From Octopus vulgaris (lineage: Eukaryota): a stretch of 64,000 bases of DNA. A program made the translations under genes and the position numbers. Below, in pieces: positions 41,741-55,270 of the stretch. The stretch covers positions 31,992,001-32,056,000 of the forward strand of contig OX597832.1 of assembly GCA_951406725.2 (NCBI GenBank), given 5' to 3'. Under the pieces are notes generated by a model. The model had not been told where the DNA came from. It saw only the letters and a program-made list of their open reading frames with translations, and made no database searches. Every line of letters begins with the position of its first letter. Positions within the stretch are counted from its first letter, which is position 1.

Positions 41741-41935
41741 TAAAGGGAAAGTTTACGAAAATAAATAAAAGACGAAGGCAGGTGGAGTACAAACAAACAA
41801 ATGTATTAGTATAGCGCTCAGGAATAGAAAAAGTCTTTTACGTTTCGAGCCTACGCTCTTCGACAGGAAGATACACAGAGAAAAACAAGGAGAGAAACAA
41901 GGAGAGAAGAAAAATGCGTGTAGGGGCTACGATCT
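41741..41935 (-). mobile_element. GAGC-family HHR element
   Basis: Reverse complement of 41834-41871: tcttc-CTGTCGA-a-gagc/gtag/gctc-GAAA-CG-TA-aaaga. Confidence 0.75.
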
Positions 41936-41946
41936 ATCATGGCGTC

Positions 41947-42128
41947 ATCTGTAAATATAATATGTGACAATTATTCGGTAGCCATGGTAAAACACCGAGT
42001 TTCGAATGTCGGGGCGGAATTCTTCAGGTATCTCTTCAGGTATCCGGCCAGCGAAAAAATGCTATGGTGTTATACCTCGGAGTTATATCATGGCGACCGA
42101 ATAATTGTCACATATTATATTTACAGAT
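41947..42128. mobile_element. Foldback element with ~53 bp inverted arms and an HHR on the minus strand
   Basis: atctgtaaatataatatgtgacaattattcggt.. / ..accgaataattgtcacatattatatttacagat. Reverse complement: gatac-CTGAAGA-..cattc-GAAA-CTCGGTG-TT. The right arm starts at stem III (ctcggag-tt-atatc). Confidence 0.75.
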
Positions 42129-42136
42129 AAATTCCC

Positions 42137-42260
<124 letters not shown>

Positions 42261-44309
42261 AATATATGTATATATATACATATATACATATATATGTATA
42301 TGTATATATGTATGCATGTATGTGCGTGTGTATGTATGTGTGAGTATGTGTGAGTATCCGTCTGTCATCCACCAATGCTTGAGAACCAATGTTCGTTTGC
42401 TTATGTTTCTATAACTTAGCGGTTCACCAAACAAAGACCGATAATCTAACTACGATGCAGGTGTTCCAGCATGGCGGCGGTCCAATATCCGGAAGATAAA
42501 AAACGAACACGTGAAACAGTGAGAATCAAGCGCTCCACTCTACAGACTTTGTTATAACATCCTCTTTCTTTTACATTCTCTTCTATCTCATAACAGCAAT
42601 ACTTTAAACACCAACAACAATACCGCTGTGTTTTTTTATTGTCTGCTCAAGTTCAGCAACGCAATATTTTAGCTATCTTTTACGTTGAAGATTTTTTTTC
42701 TCCCGCTCCCAATCTTTTTTTATATAAAGTGGCAAAATATAATAACTTTTGACTTAACAACCCATTATTATAAACAATAATTTTCTAGTATAATAACTTC
42801 GACAATCAAATAAAACAGCCGTTATCTCTAATCGCACGTCTCCAGTAATTATTAAGTACAAAGGTGACATAGTTTGTTGAAGATAGTGTAACAACCGTGG
42901 GTTTTGTCCTGAAGACAAAAGCGAGAAACGAATCAAGACATTAATCTCGTAATTGATAGTTATGTACAATAAATCCGAATATCGTATATAGCTTTATACA
43001 TTCAATATGAATACTAACTGAAACTAGTAGCAGATAGTTAACTTTTAATATCTTTTGTACTAAGATCATAAACAAGATGTTTACGCAACTTACTGCTTCG
43101 ATGTATTTGGATATAAATCTACAACAAAATAAAGGTTCCTAGAGATAACTACCGAATCTACTCCGAATCATACATACTCTCTTCTTTAGAGTCCTGAGTC
43201 CTCGTTTTCTGATCTATTTTGGGGGGCCACGTTCTTATAAGCAACGCAACTTTAGCGTTTCAAACATGGCGATTTCTATCAGTAAAAGTTTTACGATGAC
43301 TCTCAGTGCTCAGTAAGCTTTGCCTACTCAGTAACAGCCAATTTATGCTTCGCTGATAACGTTTAATGAGCCTGAAACATGCGGAATTGATGTCTTTTAT
43401 CCCATCGAAGATCAGACAACTCACTTCGTTGTGTATTCTATTTTGAAGTAATTTACATCAATAAAAATTCCAGAATTGTCTCCCCTGGGTTTCTTTAGTC
43501 AGACATTTATTATGATGGCAATTTCTTATCGCCAGTTAGAGTATAATTTTAAATTAAACTTTCTTGTTTGGCAACATAAAATATTTTACGTCTCACTTAT
43601 TGTTTTCTTTGTCTGTTTCCTCCCGTATCCCTTAGCAACAGAGAAAGAAAATAACAAAACGTTATTCCTCGTTAGCGAAAACATTATTAGGAAGTTGGCT
43701 GTATTGCGTTCATTCTCTTTCATTACGTGTTTTGTGCATATTTTATTGACTGAAGCACGAAGAAAATGTCAAAATATGTCTTGGCAGAATTTGAACAGAG
43801 AACGAACAAAAAGAAAGCAAATTAGTGCTGTGAGGCATTTAATCTCAAACCTTTGCCTCATTGCTAATAATGCCGCGGTGTACGACCTGTTCCACTCACG
43901 CTCAGCCGTTTCCGAATTCAGCAAAGGACGCTGCATTTATAAGTTGACAACAACAACAATCGATATATCTGCAATAATAGGTTCTGTGAGAATTAACAGG
44001 AAATACTCCATAAAGAACTAGAATAGAAACGCCAAATTCAGAAAGAACTCGTAATGGAAATTGTGTGAGAAAACAATGACACACGGTAAAATGGCGACAA
44101 ACCTTCTTAAACAAAAATATAGATAACTCAAAATTGAAACCTTTTAGACACAGACTATTCATAAAAATTGTATACGAAATGGTTGCAGAAGTTTCTGTGA
44201 CAGCATATCTTCCCGATTAACCCACCCCCCAGAAAATATCTCAATATTACAAGTTATTACGAAGAAAGAAATCACACAAATTATTTAGGATATCATATCT
44301 TTCATATTT

Positions 44310-44520
44310 TATCATTTACTTGTTGCAGTCATTAGAATGCGGCTATGCTGGAGCACCACCTTGGAAACTTTTTTGTCGAATTAATCTATTCCAGTACTTA
44401 TTTACGCGTCTAGAACATATTCTATCGATATATTTGCCGAACCGCTGGGTTCGGGAATGTTAACACTCCAACACCGGCTTTCGAGCGTTCGTGGAGACAA
44501 ACACAAACACAAAGACGAAC
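44310..44520 (-). mobile_element. Family C SINE 3' half
   Basis: ttgttgcagtcattagaatgcggctatgctggagcaccacc is the reverse complement of the CR1-type tail. Confidence 0.7.
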
Positions 44521-44581
44521 ACACACAAATACAAAAATATGTATACAAATACATACACGCACACACACACACACACATATA

Positions 44582-44703
44582 TAAATTAAAAATAAGCAGA
44601 AAATGGAGAAATATTGATCAGCAGCAAGTCATTTAGAAGTAATAATTGATGCAAGTCAGTTGTAGTTGATAAATGTCTCTCCATTTTCTGTTTATTTTAA
44701 ATT
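44582..44703. repeat. Short imperfect inverted repeat
   Basis: aaaataagcagaaaatggagaaatatt versus aatgtctctccattttctgtttatttt. Confidence 0.7.
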
Positions 44704-45120
44704 TGATTCCTGATAAATTCATGTTTATCTTTGTCATTACCTCTAACCTTTGAGCATTTCATCTTTGCACAAATATGTCTAGGGTTAACATAGATCATTA
44801 TACCAGTAGTATAATGGGTACTGTTATCCCTTAGACGGTTATTCCAGCCTCTAACTCTACTAACCTCATATATATATATATCATAATTAGCAACAAGTAT
44901 TATCCCTTCCTATATCTATAAATAGATATTAACCAAAAATAAAACCCCCTCCCCACTGACAGATCTAAATAACAAAGTAAACACAATGAGAAAATCTACA
45001 GTCAGGGAGTTCTTAAGAATGAAACCAACCTCTCTGTCTATATATCTACCCTCTTTATAATGTTGGCAAATGAAATAGGGATAAGAATGTGCATTGTCCG
45101 TTTGATTGGAAAATTCTATA

Positions 45121-45208
45121 AGTGACTGAAGATTGCTCGACATTTTAAAACTGGTGTAATACTTACAGTGTTTAATAAAATGGAGTAGCATGAAACAATT
45201 GTACCACT
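45121..45208 (+). ncRNA. Type-I hammerhead with long hairpin stem II (within repeat 45050-45298)
   Basis: agtga-CTGAAGA-ttgct..atttta..tgtaa/tac/ttaca..taaaat..agcat-GAAA-CAATTG-TA-ccact. Confidence 0.75.
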
Positions 45209-45330
45209 CTACCTCGGATATACTTGTTGCTTATTTTGATTATAATCACCCCATTTGATTTATATGGATTATACCATACAAAATTCTGGTGCCTTTGACA
45301 TATATTTATATATACGTACACACACGTACA

Positions 45331-45405
<75 letters not shown>

Positions 45406-45584
45406 GTGTGTGTGTCTGTGTGTGTGTGTGTATACATATATATATGTATGCGTGTGTGTGTATGTGTTTGTGTATAGACTGTGTGCTATCGTAGAAAACA
45501 CTCTTAATTTGTACAAATATTTTGTTTGTGTATTCGGAATCATTCCCCCAATACGAAGCACAGGCACTGGTTCTGTTTCATTTC

Positions 45585-45586
45585 CC

Positions 45587-45629
<43 letters not shown>

Positions 45630-45676
45630 TATCATCATCATCATTATTATTATCATCATTATTATTATTATTATCA

Positions 45677-45728
<52 letters not shown>

Positions 45729-45780
45729 CATTATTATTATTATTATCATCATTATTATTATCATCATCATCATCATCATT

Positions 45781-45844
<64 letters not shown>

Positions 45845-45878
45845 GTAGCAGCAGCAGAAGCAGTAGCAGTAACATCAG

Positions 45879-45912
<34 letters not shown>

Positions 45913-45982
45913 GTAATTATTATTATTACCATTACTACGACTGTCATCGTTATCATCATTATCCCCATCATCATCATCGTCG

Positions 45983-46013
<31 letters not shown>

Positions 46014-46063
46014 TATCATCATTATTATTATTATTATTATTATCATTATTATTATTATTATCA

Positions 46064-46113
<50 letters not shown>

Positions 46114-46183
46114 GTAATTATTATTATTACCATTACTACGACTGTCATCGTTATCATCATTATCCCCATCATCATCATCGTCG

Positions 46184-46214
<31 letters not shown>

Positions 46215-46264
46215 TATCATCATTATTATTATTATTATTATTATCATTATTATTATTATTATCA

Positions 46265-46314
<50 letters not shown>

Positions 46315-46384
46315 GTAATTATTATTATTACCATTACTACGACTGTCATCGTTATCATCATTATCCCCATCATCATCATCGTCG

Positions 46385-46415
<31 letters not shown>

Positions 46416-46465
46416 TATCATCATTATTATTATTATTATTATTATCATTATTATTATTATTATCA

Positions 46466-46515
<50 letters not shown>

Positions 46516-46537
46516 GTCATTATTATTATTATTATCA

Positions 46538-46587
<50 letters not shown>

Positions 46588-46687
46588 GTAATTATTATTA
46601 TTACCATTACTACGACTGTCATCGTTATCATCATTATCCCCATCATCATCATCGTCGTCATCATCATCATCATCATCATCATCATTG

Positions 46688-46744
<57 letters not shown>

Positions 46745-46805
46745 GTAGCAGCAGCAGAAGCAGTAGCAGTAACATCAGCATCATCAGCATCATCAGCATC
46801 ATCAA
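45585..46805. repeat. (ATC/ATT)n microsatellite with ~201 bp higher-order repeat
   Basis: The marker gtaattattattattaccattactacgactgtc occurs at 45913, 46114, 46315 and 46588. atcagtagcagcagcagaagcagtagcagtaacatcagcat is repeated at 45841 and 46741. Confidence 0.9.
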
Positions 46806-46809
46806 TATT

Positions 46810-47018
46810 GTTAGTTGACTAGGTAATTATTTAACCAATTGCCTAATCGATTGTTTGATTAATCGTTCAGTCAGTCATTCGATCAGCTAAGGGCATGTTG
46901 TTCACGAAATTGCGAATGGTAACGATTTGCGTCTGACGATCTTAAATAATTGATTGATTGACCGATCTATTAATCAGGCGATCGATTTTATAAAAGGTTA
47001 AATATTTAACCAATTAAC
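46810..47018. repeat. ~210 bp imperfect foldback hairpin
   Basis: tatttaacc..aatcgattgtttgattaatcgttcagtcagtcattc pairs with gattgattgaccgatctattaatcaggcgatcgatt..ggttaaata. Confidence 0.65.
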
Positions 47019-47167
47019 TAATAATGATAATAATAATGAGAGTGAAACAGAATCCCTGCGTGTTTCTTATCGGCAAAATAACCCGCCCAAGAGACAACAA
47101 AGAAAAAATCGACATAGTTCAGCTTAAATGTACTGCATATATAAGTTTAAATTCGGGGGTGTTTGTC

Positions 47168-47386
47168 ACAGGCGTGGCTGCTTGGTAAGACTTTTGCTTC
47201 CCAACCACATGATGCTGGGTTCATTCCACAGCGCGTCACCTTGGACAGGTGTCTTCAACTGTTACCTCTCTGTGGAAGATCGTAGGCTGGAAACGTTGAA
47301 GACTTTTCACTTCCCGAGCGTTATACTAATACGTCTGTTTGTTTTTGTTGTCTACACCATCTGTTTTTTTCTTGAATTCTCCCTTA
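47168..47386 (+). mobile_element. Family C SINE head fused to a decayed GAGC-family HHR element
   Basis: SINE head and core at 47168-47260, then tct-CTGTGGA-agatcgtaggctg-GAAA-CG-TT-gaaga (47266-47302) and the family tail. Confidence 0.65.
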
Positions 47387-47711
47387 ATATATATATATAT
47401 ATATATATATTCATATGTATATGAGTGTATTTAAGTATATGTACATAAATACATACGTACATACATACATGCATACATACATATACATATACATACATAT
47501 ACATATACATATACATACATACACACATATATATATATATTTATATATGTATGTATGTATGTATATGTATATGTATGTATATGTATATGTATGTATGCAT
47601 GTATGTATGTACGTATGTATTTATGTACATATACTTAAATACACACATATACATATGAATATATATATATATATATATATATTAAGGGAGAATTCAAGAA
47701 AAAAACAGGTG

Positions 47712-47716
<5 letters not shown>
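47353..47716. repeat. Near-perfect ~365 bp palindrome
   Basis: tacaccatctgtttttttcttgaattctcccttaata... mirrors ...tattaagggagaattcaagaaaaaaacaggtggtgta, including the irregular microsatellite interior. Confidence 0.9.
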
Positions 47717-47753
<37 letters not shown>

Positions 47754-48158
47754 ACGCGCGCAAACACACATACACACATATTGAAATGAGCAATATTTAT
47801 GTATATGTGAGTGATTTATATTGATAGTTGCGCCCTGTTCTAAGACTGCAGTCTTACATTTCTGTCCACAGGGAGTTTATTCACCAATATGGTGTAGATG
47901 GAAACGAACATCGATTAATCTGGGAATGCTTTTCTCGGTGATTCTGCTTCCCTGTAAGATTTATTATCTTCTCTTACTTCGATTCTTTTTTCTTACACTT
48001 TGCTATTTTTATTCAGTTTTTACGCAAGTAAACTCATCAGAAATCTTTTCGATAGTAAGATATTCACCGACCTAAGCTCCCTAAAGTCTTCGCCAGCGTA
48101 TGTAAGCATTAATTGTACATTATGTCTATCTCTCTGCCTCTCTGTTTATCTGTCTAGG

Positions 48159-48336
<178 letters not shown>

Positions 48337-48564
48337 AATGTAAGATCCAAAGACCAAGTTGTAGGAAGTTAGTGGGCTTGAAGCAGTTTATAGGAGATTA
48401 AAAGGAAAACGTTCCGGAACAATAGTTTTTATTGGAGAAGGTTGGGAATTCTTGCTTTATCGAAGTACAATAAGATGACTAAAGGTTATTTTATAGATAC
48501 TAGTTAGCAACTGGGGTTACTGTATATGTAAATACACTGACCAAATTAGGGAAGGGAGGAGATG

Positions 48565-48660
48565 AAATCCAGGCTTCATATATTTCATAGTTAGCGGAAT
48601 TCGGTAGCATGCTTCTCGAAACGAGTGCTAGGCCGGAGCTACACTTGAAGCCATGGATAC
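48565..48660 (-). mobile_element. Decayed copy of the CATATG-type HHR element
   Basis: Reverse complement atccatggc-ttcaagt-gtagc...ctat-GAAA-TATATG-AA-gcctggat, compared with 33511-33601. Confidence 0.45.
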
Positions 48661-48759
48661 CGTGATTCTATGAAGTTAAGAGATCTCATGTTAACTCTCA
48701 GGTAATTCGACTGCAGTCCGTAGAAAGCTTTCTACACATTCCAATCGAATATTCACTGA

Positions 48760-48814
<55 letters not shown>

Positions 48815-48835
48815 ATCTATCTCTCTATCTCTCTC

Positions 48836-48904
<69 letters not shown>

Positions 48905-48946
48905 ATATATATATATATCTATCTATCTATCTATCTAACAATTTAT

Positions 48947-49015
<69 letters not shown>

Positions 49016-49123
49016 TATATGCATACATATATACATAATATATACATATATATCTATATATCTAAATGTATCTATTTATGTATCTATATATGTATATGTA
49101 TGTGTGTCTCTCCCTCTCTCTCT

Positions 49124-49158
<35 letters not shown>

Positions 49159-49460
49159 GAGGGGGTATACACACACGTATATAGATACACACATACACAT
49201 GTACGCTTACACTCATTCATTCAATAAAGTTTTATATTTATTGTGCTCCACCGTACGTTTGGTATAAATATGTTGGCAACGTATACCATCCGATATTTCT
49301 AAAACCAACAAACAAACAAAACAACACACTAACACCGACCTCCACCGGACACACACTCACGGACCCACACGCATGTATGTACTCTCATTATATGAGCATA
49401 TATATGTCTATATACAAGTTCATGTATGTATATGTATTACATATACATATATATTATATA

Positions 49461-49508
<48 letters not shown>

Positions 49509-49843
49509 ATATGTATATATATGAGTGTATATAGTTGATACATAGGTATATATATATGTATATATATATTTATATATATATTTGCGTGCGTGTGTGTGTG
49601 TGTGTGTGTACACATACACACATACGTATTCTTATATACACACGAACACATCAATAGTGTCAATCATCAAATTATATATATATATACGTATATATATATA
49701 TATATGCACTCATACATACATATATATATATACATATATGCATATTTAAACCTATATAAATGTATAAATATATATATGTATACATGTATATATTTGTACA
49801 CACACACACACACACACGCACACTTATATACATATATACACAC

Positions 49844-49875
<32 letters not shown>

Positions 49876-50403
49876 ATGTGTATGTTCAAACACACATCTC
49901 CATAACTGCCAATTTTACTGTAGAGAATCTAGTATCTATATTGTTATCTTCTCTCTTTTTTTTCAGTAATGTATTCCTATATTTCATTAAAGTCACCTCT
50001 GGGAGTTACATGTTTCCTTTGGTAGTTCTGTAAAACTTGGCACTTGTGACTCACTGAGAAATGAAGTCTAAAATATAGAAAGAGAGAGAGAGAGAGAGAG
50101 GGGGAAGGAGGTAAGAGAGAGGGCGAGAGAGGTTGTAAGGGAGGGTATTTGTTTAGTGATATTAAAAATGAAGCAGAGGCTCAGGTATGGTGAATGAAGA
50201 GGAATACAAGCAAATGAGAGAGAAGTGGATATCAAATTTGGAAAAGAAATAGTTTAATATGTGTGTGTTTGTGTTGTGGCTACATGTGTATGTAAGAGAG
50301 AAATTGAGAGACACATGGAGAGTTAGAGAGAAAGAATGGTACCATATTGAGAATCAAAGACGTAACCGTACTTATGTGTGTATGTATATATCTATGTATA
50401 TAT

Positions 50404-50434
<31 letters not shown>

Positions 50435-53400
50435 TGCAGATATATATATATATATATACTCGCACATACTCGCACACACAGACATACACACACAGACATA
50501 CACACACAGACATACACACACAGACATACACACACACACACAAAAAAATATATATACATGTACACAGCACGCACAGATACACTCATACACAGGCACACAC
50601 AGAGAAACACACGAAAATACTTAGTGAATGAGAGCGAATGTGAATCGAAAGATATACCTGTTTAGGAAAACAATTCTACTGGCTAAATGAGAGATAAGGA
50701 GAGCATCACGGGGGGAAGAGAGAAAAAAAACAACCTGGGTGACACAAACATATGTTTGTGTCTGAGAAATATACAACGTCTAGTTTTTAGGCTACCCCCA
50801 CATATTCCACGAAAGTTGCCTACAACCGAAATTTCGAAAACAGTTCTTGGATGGAATCCAACGAGAAACGTATCGACACTTTTGGCAAAAATATACGTGC
50901 CGGTTTACTGCTTGCTTTAGTTTTAACACTGCTAATGTTCATTCATAACTCTTTCTTCGATTGTATTTTAACACTCTTAACGCTCATTCACAATTCTCGC
51001 TACTCGTTTTCTTACGAGAAATATTTACTATCATTAACGCGTAGAATAATAACTTTGGCGCAGAGCCATGTATTTTTTGGAACGAGGGTATTCTTCTTTT
51101 TTGAAAACGACCTCAATTCTCTAACTGCTTTTGTTTCGAGCCAAGGGAGCCTGTTTATAGTGGCTCGGCGCGTTAGAAAAAGCAGCCAGTTCTCATTAGA
51201 TTCACACACCGCCTCTTCCGAAAGAATGCGTTTGGTAATATGGTGCTCAGTTTCTTGAACACAGGAAAGGGACATGATTGCGAAATCTAGTCTGTCTTCA
51301 AACCTTGGTCTGTTCTAGAATTACTTGGAGTTAAAACAGTAGAACTATTCTGACGAACATACTTTATTGTGTTTATGGAATTGGGTTTGATGAATGCAAT
51401 GCTGAAAAAGGACAACAAAATATTCTTCATAGTTTTAGTTATCTTAGTAAAGAAATGTCGTATTTCAAAGTTTTATGTTTGATAGCTTGCTCATTTGTTT
51501 TAGAAATATGTTTTTGTCTGTTAGACTTGACAGAACCGATATAAAGGCTGTCCGCAACTAGAAAACAATTACGAAATATCTATGCAAGACTACAAATGTA
51601 AACGGAAATAGATAATAACACCAAATAGCGGCAAAATATGGACAATAGACTAAATATAATAACACCTGACTTAGAATATATGTTTACTCCTTGTGGCCTT
51701 TGAATTAAGTCAAGTGAATCCTTCTTTATCCTTCTCTCTTGGTACTATTTCTTTTCTCTTGGTTCTTTGTTAATTTTGAAGGGTGTTCGGTGTATGAAAC
51801 ATCGAACTCTCTCAAACAACACAATTTATTGCTGTATTTAGACTTGTGGTTTGCATATTATGAAGTTCGAGTGGGAAGTGCATAGTTTTGTTTTAGAAAA
51901 TACAAAATCAAAACTAGTTAATTTTCGGCTTAATCGTTGAGTACTAAGCGCCCAAACCAGCAATAATATTTGCAGAACAGTTTTCGTTAGTCTTTACAAT
52001 AAATGGACAAATTGCTTGTTTATTTTTTTGTCATTACCATAGAAATAAATTTCCGTTTTTTAAATATAATAATTAATTCTATTTATTTTTAAACGTTCTC
52101 TTATCGTTTTCCGTTCCTATTATAACTATGGGTTATCTTAATCTCTGTGTTATATTTCTAGTTTTTTTATTGCTCTTTGTATTATTTTTGGTATCTTCTT
52201 AAGTAAATATTCTTGTAGTCTTACAATAAATATTTTATTATAGTTTTCAAGTCCTTTACGCCGATGTATTCGTGTAAATGTGTGTGTGTCTGGGGTGTCT
52301 GTGTGTATCTGTGTATTTATGTGTGTGTCTGTATGTGGGCTTGTGTATGCGTGTGATTATTTTGTGCTTTAGTTTTCTCAACTGATTGAGTTTCAAAATA
52401 TTATAACTATAAAATTATTACTTTACATTTCACCCTCAAATCCCGATGGACACAGTTGTACCCGGCCTGTGAAGTGAGCACCGAAACAAGGCAAAACACA
52501 ATCAACTTCAGATCTCGCCACAGACGTTCACAGATTGATTTCAAACAGGAAAAGAAGAAATTATCACCTTTACACTTGTAGTTGTTAGTGTTTATGTTTA
52601 TTACCCCCATCCCTTTCGTCATATATCGAAGTTTTAACTAAATATTGATAAAATTCCCATTTAAGTGCTCATTTTACCTCGTCAGGGTTGTTGTCTGTCG
52701 AGTTACTTAACTCGTCAAAATCCTAAAGACTGACATTACACTAATCCCCTTCTGTTTCTTAGAATTATGAGATTAATCACTATTAATATTGGTCATTATT
52801 AATGCAGTTTAAGTGCTATGTTTCGTCGGCTTGGATGTCTTCCGGGGGTTTCAATTCAAATATTATAAAGCGATTAATCCGAGAATATATCAATCATTTC
52901 CGTGCTGTTTAGAGTCTTGGAGATAGCTCTGACACCTCGTGTATCTAAATATAGCACCCACCTTAGAGCTCGATGGATAGGTCAAGGGCCGGAGCAACCC
53001 CTAGACGACCTATTTTGCTTACCCTTCGAGTCGTGAACTGTTTTGAAACGCAAATAATGATGATATTTTCCCTGATAGCTGCATTTCGGAGGCTGCGACA
53101 CACCGCCATGACTGCTGAGTGCTGCGACGTGGGTTAAGAAAAGCATGCAACGCATGTTCGCATGTTTGCTTCATTCAACCCCCTTTCAGCCGAAGGTGAT
53201 GAAATAATAACAGCGGCGGTAAATTGAGGAAAGCTTTATTCTTCATATTTAATCAGCGCCTTCGGGATAAAGATTATCGATGGATATCAAAGGATAAGTA
53301 ATTGTTAAGTGGTTAGTAGTAGCATACTTAGTGCAACACCATGTCAAACGATTTAGTGACGCCAATTTTTTTTAGTTTTAGCCTTTGAAAAGCTACAAGT

Positions 53401-54778
53401 AACAAGCTTTATCTCTTTGCGAGGACACAAATGGTGAGTGCATTGTCTCTGAAGAGATCCCAACTAGGATCAAGACAAGGTCAGGCTAATCTTTATCTGC
53501 CTCTACATGAAAGGTAAATAAATAAGAATAAATATACTTATTGTTCAGGTGGATGCAAATACACAGCGTAGCAATTCTTAATTCCCTGTATTCTTTATAT
53601 AAGTAAACCGTAAAACAGATCTCAAAGAATAAGAACCAGGATGGTCCTGGTGTTGCAATTAATACCAACATTGGCAGTAATTTCTCTCAATTTACGATCA
53701 CACAAATGGCGTTTCTTATTGTGCTTTTTCAAACGTCTTTCAAATGTATAGTTCACTTTATAAAGTATTTCTATCCTGAGCCAAAGAAATTGATTCCTAA
53801 CGACAAATTGCTTCAAGTTTGAAATTTAACAAGAGAATTTTCTTCTGGATTCCGTTATAACATTCCAAGTCATCTGTCATGCTCTGATGTATTTCAGTAA
53901 TGGTTGAATACGTTTCAATATTTCGAAATATGTTTTCATCGAGGAATATAATATAAAATACCTTTTTATTTCCTTTCATTTCCCTCTTATTTACGTTTTC
54001 CTTCACTTCCTTTGATTGCCTTTAGAGTTACGTACCGGCAGATTTAGGAGAGACAACGATTCGTTCTTGTGACTAACGCAGATGTTATTCGTTTTTCCAG
54101 TGACATTAAAATCTATATATACATTGCTAGGATATCTAATATGGCCTACTTTAAGTGTTATGTTTTTTCATTGTGGTTTCTGCGTCATTATATCTAATTA
54201 ATAATTTTCGCTTCACAGTGTGTGTGTGTTTGTGTGTGTGTACATTAGAAAGAATGAGGAGAGAGAGTCATTTGTGGGATCTGTAAAAAAAATATTCTAT
54301 CGATATTTTAATTCCGGAGCTATTTTCGTCTTCCAATTCCTGTCATATTCTAAATTTTTGCAATATTCGTTTGTCTTCATATTTTTGTTCATGTAATTTT
54401 CTCTTCTTCGTCCATATTCTACAGAGAAACTCTAGTTTAATTTTTCTCTCTTTATTTTGTTTATTTCACTTGAGAAACCTCGATATTTATTGTTTATCTT
54501 CTCATTAAAACTTCTCACAGTTTTAATGATTCAAATTTCGTTATTTATTGTTTTTTTCTGTTTATTTAGATCATTCATAATTTCATTTTGCACTTTCATT
54601 ATATTTCATTATATTTTCATTACCAATATTTCATTATGCATTCTTTCTCTTCAGGGTTTCATTTCCAAGTTTAATATATTTCATATTTTAAGTATAAAAT
54701 CTTCTGAAAGTAGTTAATCTGTTGCGATCCAACGTTATATTTAGATCGGAGGTACCTTTTCTCCATATTCTTTACCAG

Positions 54779-54945
54779 TTTATTACATTCCGATGTAGCA
54801 CTTGCTGTTTTTGTTCCTTGGCCTCCAGTGCGTGTACATGCAACGAATTGGTTTCTGATTTGAATTCGAAAGACAGAAGATGGAACAATAAACCTGAGAA
54901 ATTCGGACTCATTACTGGCAATATTAACAACTTTACCGATCTTGA
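54779..54945 (+). other. Candidate internal exon (unverified)
   Basis: Pyrimidine tract plus AG (ttttctccatattctttaccag), donor ga|gtaagt and one open frame FITFRCSTCCFCSLASSACTCNELVSDLNSK.... No recognisable homology. Confidence 0.2.
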
Positions 54946-55064
54946 GTAAGTAAAATGTAACAGCGATTATCACAGACTCATTTTAAATTATGTCAATTAC
55001 GTATAGTGGTTAATTATAGCTTTAGATAATAAATAAATAATTAAATACCTTAGAAATGAGAAAC

Positions 55065-55270
55065 CAAACACAGAGAAGAAGAGAAAGAACAGACAAACGG
55101 ATTAAGTCGATTATATCGACCCCAGTACGTAACTGGTACTTATTTAATCGACCTCGAAAGGATGAAAGGCAAAGTCGACCACGGCGGAATTTGAACTCAT
55201 AACATAGCGACAGACGAAATACTGCTAAGCATTTCGTCCGGTGTGCTAACGTTTCGGCCAGCTCGCCGCA
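55065..55270 (-). mobile_element. Family M SINE monomer
   Basis: cggattaagtcgattatatcgaccccagtacgtaactggtacttatttaatcgacctcgaaaggatgaaaggc...gccagctcgccgc. Confidence 0.85.

Noticed and set aside
43876-43900. cgacctgttccact resembles the G3-C8 hammerhead core on the minus strand
   Set aside because: There is no GAAA, stem III, stem I or family flank.
43476-44021. 181 aa ORF in unique sequence
   Set aside because: Non-ATG start, composition typical of AT-rich non-coding DNA and no recognisable motif.
45526-46818. 430 aa and 421 aa poly-Ile/Met ORFs
   Set aside because: Trinucleotide microsatellite artefacts.
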